Assembly (NCBI GenBank): GCA_002429485.1
Contig: DIZX01000015.1
Coordinates: forward strand, 86,044 to 150,043
Direction of reading: 5' to 3'
Length of the DNA stretch: 64,000 bases
Origin: Patescibacteria group bacterium UBA6017
GTDB lineage: Bacteria > Patescibacteriota > Saccharimonadia > UBA4664
Part shown: positions 20,080 to 29,059 of the stretch, piece after piece
Layout: every line of letters starts with the position of its first letter
How positions within the stretch are numbered: the first letter of the stretch is position 1
Notes under the pieces: model-generated
What the model was told of the DNA's origin: nothing
The model's database searches: none
Seen by the model: the letters and a program-made list of their open reading frames with translations, nothing else
Program-made: the position numbers and the translations under genes

Positions 20080-20775
20080 TTACTCGACGAAGGGCGGCCG
20101 CTCACCTTTAGCCAACTTGTCTGCAATTTCACGAGCTTCCTGAGGTGATTCAATCAACCCACTCTTTGGCCACTCGCTTTTATTTTGATTGGGCTCGCCT
20201 TGGTCAGGAACATCAGTCTCCTGCGAAGCCACCTCAGCAGCTATACTTTCTTGTGGCCCATTCATCGCGCTCAACTGTTTATCTTGTCGAATTGCGTCCA
20301 GCACCTGGCGAGACTGGTTTGCTCCTAGTTGAGCTACTTCAATACCGGCGGCCTTGCCCGGAGCTTCTGCCTCAATCTGCGCCTTAGCGGCCGCATCCGC
20401 CACGGCCAATCGGGCTATCCTAGCCAGTCTCGCCGACTCCGCACTCGATCCCGGAGTTATCACAGGTCCCGTACCTTCCAGCTGAGCCGGAGACTGAACG
20501 GCATTCACCTCGGCAGCTTCCTGCTCCCCACGAGCGACAATTCCCTTAGCTCGAGCTTCAACTCCGACATGGGTCGTTCCGCTTGATTCGATAGCCTGCG
20601 CCGGCTCAGGAGCATCAGGATCCTGCTCCGTACGAGCCTCCTCCGCTCGTCGGGCAAAAATATCTGCCATATCCTGCAGCGCGTTATCTTTCGGACTTAC
20701 GCGCTCTTTTGAGGCCTCAAAAAGATCTCCCTGCTCAAATTCCTGATCATTTCCGCCTGAACCCTGTTCGCCCAT
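20080..20775 (-). CDS. Hypothetical acidic, low-complexity protein (predicted disordered)
   Basis: 231 aa rich in E/A/Q/D/G with no recognisable domain. It lies upstream of thrS in the same orientation. Confidence 0.4.
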   Translation of the reverse strand: MGEQGSGGNDQEFEQGDLFEASKERVSPKDNALQDMADIFARRAEEARTEQDPDAPEPAQAIESSGTTHVGVEARAKGIVARGEQEAAEVNAVQSPAQLEGTGPVITPGSSAESARLARIARLAVADAAAKAQIEAEAPGKAAGIEVAQLGANQSRQVLDAIRQDKQLSAMNGPQESIAAEVASQETDVPDQGEPNQNKSEWPKSGLIESPQEAREIADKLAKGERPPFVE

Positions 20776-20782
20776 TGCTCGC

Positions 20783-20989
20783 CTATTCCTTCCCCGGAGG
20801 GTGCTCTTTCTCAGATGTATGCTCTACGCGCTCGGGGCGCTTCCAGCCGTTATCATCCTGATCTGGTGCATCATCTAACGCTTCGTACGGCTCGGCCTTA
20901 CTGCCCAATCCCGTCGGGCGCTTTGGAGCCCTTGCCCGCTCTAATGCTTCTTGAATTCGTTTGTTTTCGGCTTCGGCCATTTTTGGCAC
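20783..20989 (-). CDS. Hypothetical small charged protein
   Basis: 68 aa. Lies 8 nt upstream of the acidic protein gene. Confidence 0.3.
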   Translation of the reverse strand: MPKMAEAENKRIQEALERARAPKRPTGLGSKAEPYEALDDAPDQDDNGWKRPERVEHTSEKEHPPGKE

Positions 20990-21156
20990 CCCTAAGTTAT
21001 ATAACTATCATACCAAATCCCGGCTGGAATGAATCCCCCAGATAGACGCATCTTTACATATGACAGATTGATGTTATAGTTTAGCCAGCACCTTAAGTAG
21101 TGTAGTTACCCCCTGTTTTCCCCGCTTTTGTCCCAAGAACCCAGGAGGTTCCTTCG

Positions 21157-22887
21157 ATGTTCATGACCCCTCAGCACGAACCGAACCAGCCAGACCCGAC
21201 CGAGGAAACAGTTGACCCGGCAGAAGCCCTGCGTCAGCATGCCCTCCTCACCGAGGAAGTCGCCGCATTGCGCCGCCGACTCGCGGACTCACCCACCCGT
21301 TCGCGGGATCTCGAGAACCGAGTGCTGCAGCTGCAGACCTCGCTCTCAACGCTGTCAGCCCAGAACGAACGCGTCGTGAAGGCGCTCAGGGCGGCCCGCG
21401 AGCAGATCGTCACGCTCAAGAGTGAGGTCGACCGACTGGCTCAACCGCCATCGGCCTACGGCCTGATCGTCGAGACGTATGACGACGCCACTGTCGACGT
21501 CCTCACCAGCGGCCGCAAGATGCGCGTCGCGGTGTCACCCTCGATCGATCCGGGCGAGCTCAACCAAGGCCGCGAGGTCATGCTCAACGAGGCGCTCAAT
21601 GTGGTCGCAGTCTGCGGCTACGAGCGCATCGGCGAGATCGTGACGGTCAAGGAGGTGCTGGACGACGACATCGACAAGGATCTGAAAGACCGAGTTCTTG
21701 TAGTCGCCCACGCCGACGAGGAGCGTGTCTGCCGCAGAGCCGGAAGCCTTGTTGGCGAACCCATCCGAGCCGGCGACGCCCTGTTGCTCGACACCCGTTC
21801 CGGTTTCGTGTACGAGCGCATCCTCAGAGCTGAAATCACCGACCTGGTCCTCGAAGAGGTCCCGGACGTCGGCTACGAGGACATCGGCGGACTAACCGGT
21901 CAGATCGAGGCTATCCGCGATGCCGTGGAGATGCCCTATCTGCACCCGGACCTGTTCCTGGAGCACAAGCTCAAGCCGCCGAAGGGCATCCTGCTCTACG
22001 GCCCTCCCGGCTGCGGCAAGACGATGATCGCCAAGGCCGTCGCGGCATCTCTGGCCAGAAAGGTTGCGGCTAAAGAAGGTAAGCCCTTGGGCAACGCCTT
22101 CTTCCTCAACATCAAGGGCCCCGAGCTGCTCAACAAGTACGTCGGTGAGACCGAGCGGCACATCCGCCTGATCTTCCAGCGTGCCCGCGAGAAGGCCTCC
22201 GACGGTACCCCCGTGGTTGTCTTTTTCGATGAGATGGATGCCCTGTTCCGCACCCGCGGCTCAGGCGTCTCCTCCGACATCGAGACCACCATCGTGCCAC
22301 AGTTGCTCTCCGAGATCGACGGCGTCGAGCGGCTCGAAAACGTCATCGTCATCGGGGCCTCCAACCGCGAAGACATGATCGACCCCGCAATCCTGCGGCC
22401 GGGCCGGCTTGACGTCAAGATCAAGATCGAACGTCCCGACGCTGAAAGCGCCCGGGACATCTTCAGCAAGTACCTCACGGCGGACCTTCCGCTACACGAG
22501 TACGACCTGGCTGAACACGGCGGTTCCGCTCAGCGGACCATCGAGGACATGATCCAGACCGCTGTCGAACGGATGTACTCCGAATCCGACTTCAACCGGT
22601 TCCTCGAGGTCACCTACGCCGGCGGCGACAAGGAGGTTCTCTACTTCAAGGACTTCCTCACTACCTCTCAGAAGGGCATCCGAGTCGAGCATCTGCTCAC
22701 CTCCTGCCGTGACGAGTTCAAGGAGAATGAGGATCTCCCCAACACCACCAACCCCGACGACTGGGCTCGCATCTCCGGCAAGAAGGGCGAGCGCATCACC
22801 TACATCCGCACTCTCGTGACCGGCAAGGACGGTACCGAACCCGGTCGCTCCATCGAGGCTGTGGCCAACACCGGCCAGTACCTCTAG
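21157..22887 (+). CDS. arc: Proteasome-associated AAA+ ATPase ARC/Mpa (actinobacterial type, C-terminal GQYL)
   Basis: 576 aa. N-terminal coiled coil, OB/inter domains, Walker [10 protein letters not shown], Walker B VVFFDEMD, second region of homology, and a C-terminus ...ANTGQYL. AGGAGG RBS 10 nt upstream. GC and GC3 are markedly higher than neighbouring genes. Confidence 0.88.
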   Translation: MFMTPQHEPNQPDPTEETVDPAEALRQHALLTEEVAALRRRLADSPTRSRDLENRVLQLQTSLSTLSAQNERVVKALRAAREQIVTLKSEVDRLAQPPSAYGLIVETYDDATVDVLTSGRKMRVAVSPSIDPGELNQGREVMLNEALNVVAVCGYERIGEIVTVKEVLDDDIDKDLKDRVLVVAHADEERVCRRAGSLVGEPIRAGDALLLDTRSGFVYERILRAEITDLVLEEVPDVGYEDIGGLTGQIEAIRDAVEMPYLHPDLFLEHKLKPPKGILLYGPPGCGKTMIAKAVAASLARKVAAKEGKPLGNAFFLNIKGPELLNKYVGETERHIRLIFQRAREKASDGTPVVVFFDEMDALFRTRGSGVSSDIETTIVPQLLSEIDGVERLENVIVIGASNREDMIDPAILRPGRLDVKIKIERPDAESARDIFSKYLTADLPLHEYDLAEHGGSAQRTIEDMIQTAVERMYSESDFNRFLEVTYAGGDKEVLYFKDFLTTSQKGIRVEHLLTSCRDEFKENEDLPNTTNPDDWARISGKKGERITYIRTLVTGKDGTEPGRSIEAVANTGQYL

Positions 22888-22901
22888 GCCACAAGCTCCA
22901 C

Positions 22902-22949
22902 GGCCGTCTGCTGTCCACGATGCGTGGACAGCAGACGGCCTATCTTTTT
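22902..22949 (+). terminator. Rho-independent terminator after arc
   Basis: ggccgtctgctgtccacg-atgc-gtggacagcagacggcc: 17-bp perfect stem followed by tatcttttt. Confidence 0.85.
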
Positions 22950-22950
22950 G

Positions 22951-22980
22951 CCAAAACAAAAACCGCCCCAAAGGGCGGCT
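22951..22980 (-). terminator. Rho-independent terminator downstream of tRNA-Val(GAC)
   Basis: The minus strand reads gccgccctttggggcggtttttgttttgg. It is convergent with the arc terminator. Confidence 0.7.
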
Positions 22981-22992
22981 AAGATAATTACT

Positions 22993-23068
22993 GGTGGGTC
23001 CTAGAGGATTCGAACCTCTGACCTCCTCAACGTCAATGAGGCGCTCTAGCCAACTGAGCTAAGGACCC
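22993..23068 (-). tRNA. tRNA-Val (anticodon GAC)
   Basis: Acceptor gggtcct/aggaccc, anticodon loop uuGACgu, T-arm GGTTCGAATCC, CCA encoded. Confidence 0.85.
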
Positions 23069-23205
23069 GGGCCGTTACAAGTGGATAATATAGCTTAAAT
23101 CGACCCTACAAGCAATACATACAATGAAATTAGCACTCCCATATGCCATAATCCATTCCTACGGTGTAATACTGTCGCTCCCCTTTAGTCCCCCTACCCG
23201 AGAAG

Positions 23206-23823
23206 GTGATGGAAGTGTCCGCACGTCCGATTCGAAGCATCGAACAACTCGCCAAGCTAGTTACTCAGCTCGGCCTTCGTCTCCAGCGCAAAGCCGACCG
23301 CACCGCGCGGTCCAAGGCCCGAATCACGAAGCTCAAGAAGCAGCTCGCCGATGAACGCGCGCGGCTCATCGCTTTAAATGCCAAAGACGACGCGCTAAAC
23401 ATGCGCGACAGCGCCAAGATCTGGGTATTCGACGAGGGACACCCAGAACTACGCCACGGCCAAAACGTCGAACTCGGCTCCGGCACAGGTTCACATCGAT
23501 CTCAACGCGAGGGAGCCCTGCAGTTCGAGGTCGATGAGCAAACCACAATTGATGAAATCAGGTCACGCTTCTCTGAGGAATTCGACTCGGTTGTCGAAAC
23601 AAAGTACTTCATTCGCAAGAATCCTCTCAAGCGCGAATTCAGGTGGCTGCTCGACAGATTAACTACAGCGTCAGCCCCGTCACAAGAAACCTTCACCATC
23701 TACCCCCTGGTGACTGAAGAATTCTTCAGAGCATCCGTCCAGCGGTTTCGCAGTGCGGCCATCACCCTCGAGCTCATCCCTGACCCCGATGCAGACGGCT
23801 CGACCGAGAACGCTACACCCTGA
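23206..23823 (+). CDS. Hypothetical protein (N-terminal basic coiled coil)
   Basis: 205 aa with a K/R-rich predicted helix (LQRKADRTARSKARITKLKKQLADERARL) and an unknown C-terminal domain. It lies between the two tRNA-Val genes. Confidence 0.45.
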   Translation: MMEVSARPIRSIEQLAKLVTQLGLRLQRKADRTARSKARITKLKKQLADERARLIALNAKDDALNMRDSAKIWVFDEGHPELRHGQNVELGSGTGSHRSQREGALQFEVDEQTTIDEIRSRFSEEFDSVVETKYFIRKNPLKREFRWLLDRLTTASAPSQETFTIYPLVTEEFFRASVQRFRSAAITLELIPDPDADGSTENATP

Positions 23824-23914
23824 CCCAACCCCATCCGGCGGAGGCGAATACCGCCCCCGCCGGATGCCCAACCTTTCCGCATTTATCAAAATAAGCTACA
23901 ATTTCGTGGTCTAA

Positions 23915-23991
<77 letters not shown>

Positions 23992-24101
23992 TAGAAAACG
24001 CCCCTTTGTGGGGCTTTTTCTTATCCAACTTATGCTTGCACCATTACCCCCACAAAACATACACTAATTGTACTATCTGCCAACATAAGAGGTACAGGAG
24101 C

Positions 24102-25229
24102 ATGCTGAGTAGGCAAATCGCCGACAAAATTTGCGCCAAAGTGAGTGCTCTGGTAAATCAGAACCTCCGTCTTACCGATGCCGATGGCAAAGCCCTCTCG
24201 CAAACAGTGGCTCTAAAGCCAGAAAATCTCAAAATTAACACCATTCCCTGGGCCATTCCGTTCTACTACGGCGGCAACATTGTCGGCTACATTGTGCTCG
24301 ATGCCGAAATGCCGAACCACGAAGAGATTGCCCCGCTCATCCGCTCCATCGCCGAGCTCGTCATGCACCAGTCACTGGTATTGGAACAAATCCCCCACCA
24401 AGATGAGCGCCTCGATAAATTTATCTACGACCTGCTCAACCAACCCCAGCCCGAATGGTCGCTGTTGGCCGCCGAAGCCCGCTTATTCGATATTGAGCTC
24501 GATCGGCCTCGAATCGCCATTGTCATCCAGATCGACGACCCCACCCTCACCGCCAGATATCAAGACCCCACGGGGGACCGCGAAATCCGCCTCACCCGCT
24601 ATAAGTTCGGCATCAACCGCGCACTCAATTCGTTCTACACCTCCAGCCGCGAAAACGTGGTGAGCTACCTTGGCGGAACCTCCTTTTGTATCCTCAAAGA
24701 TCTCTTGGGTTCGGGCGAGCGCGAGCATGAACTAGATACCGCCCTCGAAGGCTTCAAAAAGAGCCTGGGCGTGATCTACAGCATCCTCAAGAGTGAGCTC
24801 AAGCCGCCCACTACCGTCGGTGTCGGCAATTACCATCCCGGGCTCGAAGGACTGCGCCAGAGCTACCACGAAGCCACCTCCGCCATCGAGCTGGGCGCCC
24901 AGACCTGGGACGTCGACCGCATCTACCACATCGATGATTTCGGCGTGGTCGCCCCACTGCTATCAGGTGTTGATGAAAACAATATCTACTTCTCCCGCGA
25001 GCTCCTCGACCGCGTCGGTGAAAATCACGAAATTATTCAGACCCTCGAGGCCTTCTTTAGCTTCGATATGTCGCTCACCCGCACCGCCGAAACCCTCAAG
25101 ATCCACCGCAACACCCTGGTTTATCGCCTCGACCGCATCACCGAAACCCTCGGCCTAGACCCGCGGGTATTCGACGACGCCATTCAAATTAAACTAGCTA
25201 TTTTATATAGCCGATTTGTGGAGCGTTAA
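24102..25229 (+). CDS. CdaR/PucR family transcriptional regulator (paralog 1)
   Basis: C-terminal PucR-type HTH (AETLKIHRNTLVYRLDRITETLGLD). I placed the start at MLSRQIADKI, which has an AGGAG RBS and aligns with the paralog's N-terminus; the ORF-track start at 23982 would overlap the tRNA. Confidence 0.75.
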   Translation: MLSRQIADKICAKVSALVNQNLRLTDADGKALSQTVALKPENLKINTIPWAIPFYYGGNIVGYIVLDAEMPNHEEIAPLIRSIAELVMHQSLVLEQIPHQDERLDKFIYDLLNQPQPEWSLLAAEARLFDIELDRPRIAIVIQIDDPTLTARYQDPTGDREIRLTRYKFGINRALNSFYTSSRENVVSYLGGTSFCILKDLLGSGEREHELDTALEGFKKSLGVIYSILKSELKPPTTVGVGNYHPGLEGLRQSYHEATSAIELGAQTWDVDRIYHIDDFGVVAPLLSGVDENNIYFSRELLDRVGENHEIIQTLEAFFSFDMSLTRTAETLKIHRNTLVYRLDRITETLGLDPRVFDDAIQIKLAILYSRFVER

Positions 25230-25231
25230 GC

Positions 25232-26413
25232 ATGCAGCTCAACTCCGCACTCGCCAGACAAATCGCCGATAAGGCCAACCAAGTGCTCAAGCGCGACCTC
25301 TTGGTGGCCGATCTTTCCGGGCAAATCCTGGCCGGTATCCCCACTCAAAGCTTCGTTTCCGAAGCCTTATCGGCGGCCCAAACCGGACGCTCTACCACCT
25401 CGGATTTCAACGACCGCCAGACCAAATGGTGGCCGTTTGTCTACGACGAGCGCACCGTGGCAGTATTTGGGCTCCCTCTTGATACCGGCCCGATCACCCA
25501 GGAAGCTATCACCCTCCTGCAGGGCCTCGCCGAAGTTATCGTTTATCAGCACTTCCTGCTCGACAAAATTCAGTCGGCCGAACGTGTCCGTGCCGACTTT
25601 CTGCGCCAACTCCTCACCGCTCCCAGTATCGTACCAGCGGACATTCATCATCAGGCCGACATTCTTCAGCTCAATCTGCGCGTTGCCCAGGTTGCCATCC
25701 TTATCCATCTCGACGGATTTGAAACCTCGGTCCGCACCAAATTTGCTCAGCTTTCATCCGAAGAACAGCAATTACAAATCGACTCCTCCGCAGAAGAACT
25801 TAACAGCAGTATTCGTGATGGCTTCAAGAACCTCCAGGAAAACCTTGTGGCCTACCTCGGCGACAACCAGTTTGTTCTCCTCAAGGGCCTCACCGGCGAG
25901 TCGCTCACTACCCTCAACACTATCAGGCAGATCAACGAATATGCCAGAACCCTACAGAGCGTTACTACCAATCTCGCCCTGGAACAGCCCATCACTATCG
26001 GTGTCGGGCAGTACTACCCCGATCTCGCGGGTCTGCGCAAAAGCTACCAAGATGCCAAGCTGGCACTCGAAGTCGGCGCCAAGGTCTGGGGTAGCAGCCG
26101 GATCTACCATATTAAACAAGTTGGGATGTTCATCACCCTGGCCAGCACCAGTCAGGAGCGCAAGGCCGAACTGGCCCACCAAATCCTCTCCCCCTTGCTG
26201 CGCGACGAGCAATTATTCAAAACTGTTCAAACCTTCCTTGCCTCGGGCCTCAACCTCACTGACGCCGCCGGTAAGCTCCACATTCACCGCAACACCCTTA
26301 TTTATCGGCTCGATAAGACAAAAAAACTCATAAACTTAGACCCGCGGCACTTCGATGACGCCCTCCAGATCAAACTCGGGCTAATGTTTTATCAGGATCA
26401 AACCCCCGCATAA
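25232..26413 (+). CDS. CdaR/PucR family transcriptional regulator (paralog 2)
   Basis: 393 aa with the same architecture (ARQIADKANQVLKRDL...; HTH LHIHRNTLIYRLDKTKKLINLD). Starts 3 nt after paralog 1. Confidence 0.75.
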   Translation: MQLNSALARQIADKANQVLKRDLLVADLSGQILAGIPTQSFVSEALSAAQTGRSTTSDFNDRQTKWWPFVYDERTVAVFGLPLDTGPITQEAITLLQGLAEVIVYQHFLLDKIQSAERVRADFLRQLLTAPSIVPADIHHQADILQLNLRVAQVAILIHLDGFETSVRTKFAQLSSEEQQLQIDSSAEELNSSIRDGFKNLQENLVAYLGDNQFVLLKGLTGESLTTLNTIRQINEYARTLQSVTTNLALEQPITIGVGQYYPDLAGLRKSYQDAKLALEVGAKVWGSSRIYHIKQVGMFITLASTSQERKAELAHQILSPLLRDEQLFKTVQTFLASGLNLTDAAGKLHIHRNTLIYRLDKTKKLINLDPRHFDDALQIKLGLMFYQDQTPA

Positions 26414-26612
26414 CGTCGTATTCGGGGTGGCACTTTATGCCATGGCAGCCAAATTTAATATTTTTATTCAGACCATTTCACAAACCACACCCAACTTTCG
26501 GCTGTAAATTTTGTATGACCTTGCCTATGCTGTATTTTGATGCTGGAGTATCTTGTAACTGTCAGTTGCGCAAAATCTACGCAACGAAGCATTCTATTTA
26601 ACTGAGGTAGAG

Positions 26613-26840
26613 ATGAAAAATAAATTTTCGACGACCTACGATGACTTCTTTTTGGAGCTCCCACCGGCATACAACCTAAACGACATCGAGATCCAGGACG
26701 AGTACGAAAATCAAACCGATCAAGTAGACCGAGGTCTAAGTGAAGAACAAGTGTCTCAGATAGCAGTCGACTCGCTGAGCGAGGTTAAACGCCTCAAAAC
26801 GACACCAAGAACCGACAAAAACAACCCGATTTCCCAGTAA
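26613..26840 (+). CDS. Hypothetical small acidic protein
   Basis: 75 aa with a GAGG RBS. No recognisable domain. Confidence 0.3.
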   Translation: MKNKFSTTYDDFFLELPPAYNLNDIEIQDEYENQTDQVDRGLSEEQVSQIAVDSLSEVKRLKTTPRTDKNNPISQ

Positions 26841-26895
26841 AAATAAGCGGTCGAGAATAGGTTCCATTCAGTCGCTATACGCGGCTTTATTGGTA

Positions 26896-26924
26896 CTTGA
26901 CTGTTCGGTTCTTGTTCGGTATAT
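26896..26924 (+). promoter_or_regulatory. Sigma70-like promoter
   Basis: TTGACT-17 nt-TATATT. Sits about 45 nt upstream of the 26970 gene, which has an AAAGGAG RBS. Confidence 0.5.
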
Positions 26925-26969
26925 TGGTTCTCAGAGGGTGACATAGGGTTTTACTTAAAGGAGTGTTTC

Positions 26970-27380
26970 ATGGCAGAATCAATCGAACAATTACGTATCT
27001 ACAAGTCCGCCCGGGCAGCCGAGGACCAAGTTTACGAGCTCGTCAAACAGTTCCCCGCCGATCAATTTTACGGTCTAGGCAACAACTTGCGTCGCTCCAG
27101 CGCCGCCGTTTCCCACCACATCATGGGCGCCCATCGGCTCTTCAGCTACCGCCTCAAGCTCGACGAGCTCAGCGCCATGCGCCGCGAGGCTGAAAATACC
27201 ATGCAATACCTAGAAGACGCCCGGACACTTGGCGCTACCGATGAACTCATCAGTGAGTACACCGGTGTCATTAAGCAGTCCTGGGGCCTATCGAAATGGC
27301 TCAAAATTAAGCTCATCGAAAAGCAGGAGAAAGCCGAAGTCGCGGCCAAGGAAGAGTTGGTAGCGGCTATAGCTTCGTAG
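26970..27380 (+). CDS. Four-helix-bundle protein (TIGR02436-like; 23S-rRNA-IVS/Avd-type fold)
   Basis: 136 aa. The pattern IYKSARAAEDQVYELVKQFPADQFYGLGNNLRRSSAAVSHHIMGAH matches the four-helix-bundle protein family. Confidence 0.55.
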   Translation: MAESIEQLRIYKSARAAEDQVYELVKQFPADQFYGLGNNLRRSSAAVSHHIMGAHRLFSYRLKLDELSAMRREAENTMQYLEDARTLGATDELISEYTGVIKQSWGLSKWLKIKLIEKQEKAEVAAKEELVAAIAS

Positions 27381-27403
27381 TAAATAATACAACAAGCCTC
27401 GAG

Positions 27404-27433
27404 CAGCCCCAGGTACAATGGGGCTGCTTTTTA
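27404..27433 (+). terminator. Rho-independent terminator
   Basis: gcagcccc-aggtacaat-ggggctgc followed by ttttt. Confidence 0.8.
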
Positions 27434-27517
27434 AGCTCCCTTGAGCCTATGCCTTTGGCTGCACGGAACGCTGACTTTGCGTAAGCCGAACTCTACCCCC
27501 TATAATATCTATGCTTT

Positions 27518-27683
27518 ATCTTGTCAGGCGTTTACGCTGCAGTTCAGTATTCCGCTCCGCTCTACCCCTTTTTTTCATCTAATGTTGCATTTGTGTTCAG
27601 TGCTGCTGGGGAGGCGACATGTCTATTCTTGGTAACGCTGGAGAGGCGATGTTCGGCTACGATAGTGCCGCGCCTGACAAGAT
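27518..27683. repeat. 166-bp element bounded by 13-bp perfect inverted repeats (atcttgtcaggcg / cgcctgacaagat)
   Basis: The inverted repeats are at 27518-27530 and 27671-27683. A TATAAT sits at 27501-27506 just upstream. There are internal direct repeats gctggggaggcgacatg and gctggagaggcgatgtt. Confidence 0.45.
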
Positions 27684-27767
27684 GTAGGGCAGGAATCACT
27701 CATAAGATCGAGTTCGCGGCACCAGTAGCCGAATGTCGCCGAACCAGCACGATTCCCAGCCCATCCC

Positions 27768-29051
27768 CTATTCAAAATACCGCACCGTCCCAAACGGTAT
27801 TTTATCTACCATCGGATTCTTACTCTTCATCACGGCCGCCGGCATCACCCGCAGTTCCCCATATCTATCGTTGAGCGTGTTCATTGCGTCTTCCAGCCTG
27901 TCCTGCCTAGCGTCCTCGCTCTCCCACAGATACAGCTGATCCGATTTCACCGGCTCCACCTCGTAAGCCGTCATTGCCAGCGAGCTAACCACCCGGTCGG
28001 GCCACTGCTCGCGCGCATGCCCATACAACTCCAGCGCCCGCCCATACAGCTGATCGGCCCGGTGCGCACTCGTTTGGTACATCTTGCGCTCGTGCCACCC
28101 CCGCGGGCCGTTCCAGCCTCGGCGCGGGCCCCAAGCCGGCTCCCGCACGTAGCCGAGCCACAACATAAACCCCCGCGCCGCCAGATCATTCTGGTGCAGC
28201 CGCCGTGCCACCTTAGCGCAGGCCTTGTACAGCAACGTCGCCATCTCCTCAGGATCAGACGTGCGATGCTCCAACACGTAGCTGCGTCCCACCGTGCGAA
28301 TGCCGTACTCCACCTCAGTCTCATACCCCCGCAATTTCAGATACCAATGATGCCCATTCACGCTCCGAAACACCTGCTTGCAAAGCACCGCCTCGCTCGC
28401 CCGGTAAAAATCCAGTGTCGTAAAAATCCCCGCCTCATTGAGCCGCCGCTCCATCCGCCGCTTAATGTACGGCAGCTCCACCAAATTCATGAAACCATAC
28501 ACCGCCTCCAAGTTACCCCCATCGATCTGATAAAACCCGTCCGGCTTCATAAACCCAGCCGCCACCTTGGCCAGCCACCGGTTCTGCCCAATCCCCACGT
28601 TCACCTTCATGTAATCCCCCACCTCCTCGCGCACCCGCTGCTTGATCTCGCGGCCAATGTCCTCCAGGGACCGCCCCTTCAGCAACCCCCGCATTCCCCG
28701 AAAATCTATAATTCCTTCATCCACCGACTTCATCTGCGTCACCGGCGAATAACTCTCAAAAATCTCCCGCATCTGCTTATTCACGTACTGATACTTGGCC
28801 GCGTCGCTCTCGCACATCACAAAATCCGGCGCCACCTGCCGCGCCTCGCCGTTGCGCGTGCCCAACCCAATCCCCAACTTCTTAGCCTCATACGACGCCG
28901 CTATGCAAATGGCGTAATCATTCAACCGGTTCGTCACCCCCACCGGCCGCCCCCGCAGCAGCGGATTAGCCTGCTGCTCCGTCATGGCAAACGCCGAGTT
29001 GAGATCAATATGCATAATCTCCGCCGGCTCCGGATTAACCCTCAGCTCCAT
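27768..29051 (-). CDS. dinB: Y-family DNA polymerase (DinB/Pol IV-like)
   Basis: Catalytic motifs HIDLNSAFA and SVDEGIIDF (Asp/Glu triad). Start placed at MELRVNPEPAEIMHIDLN; the ORF extends to 29090. Confidence 0.85.
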   Translation of the reverse strand: MELRVNPEPAEIMHIDLNSAFAMTEQQANPLLRGRPVGVTNRLNDYAICIAASYEAKKLGIGLGTRNGEARQVAPDFVMCESDAAKYQYVNKQMREIFESYSPVTQMKSVDEGIIDFRGMRGLLKGRSLEDIGREIKQRVREEVGDYMKVNVGIGQNRWLAKVAAGFMKPDGFYQIDGGNLEAVYGFMNLVELPYIKRRMERRLNEAGIFTTLDFYRASEAVLCKQVFRSVNGHHWYLKLRGYETEVEYGIRTVGRSYVLEHRTSDPEEMATLLYKACAKVARRLHQNDLAARGFMLWLGYVREPAWGPRRGWNGPRGWHERKMYQTSAHRADQLYGRALELYGHAREQWPDRVVSSLAMTAYEVEPVKSDQLYLWESEDARQDRLEDAMNTLNDRYGELRVMPAAVMKSKNPMVDKIPFGTVRYFE

Positions 29052-29059
29052 ATCTCCCC

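Noticed and set aside
20080-23900. A Pup gene or Dop/PafA ligase near arc
   Set aside because: No 60-70-aa ORF ending in GGQ/GGE and no carboxylate-amine-ligase-like ORF exists on either strand. The flanking ORFs are an acidic disordered protein, tRNAs and a coiled-coil hypothetical.
26970-27380. Four-helix-bundle protein as the Avd component of a diversity-generating retroelement
   Set aside because: No reverse-transcriptase ORF, template/variable repeat pair or target gene with a C-terminal variable region is present anywhere within several kb. I keep it as a stand-alone family member and record it only as a low-level finding.
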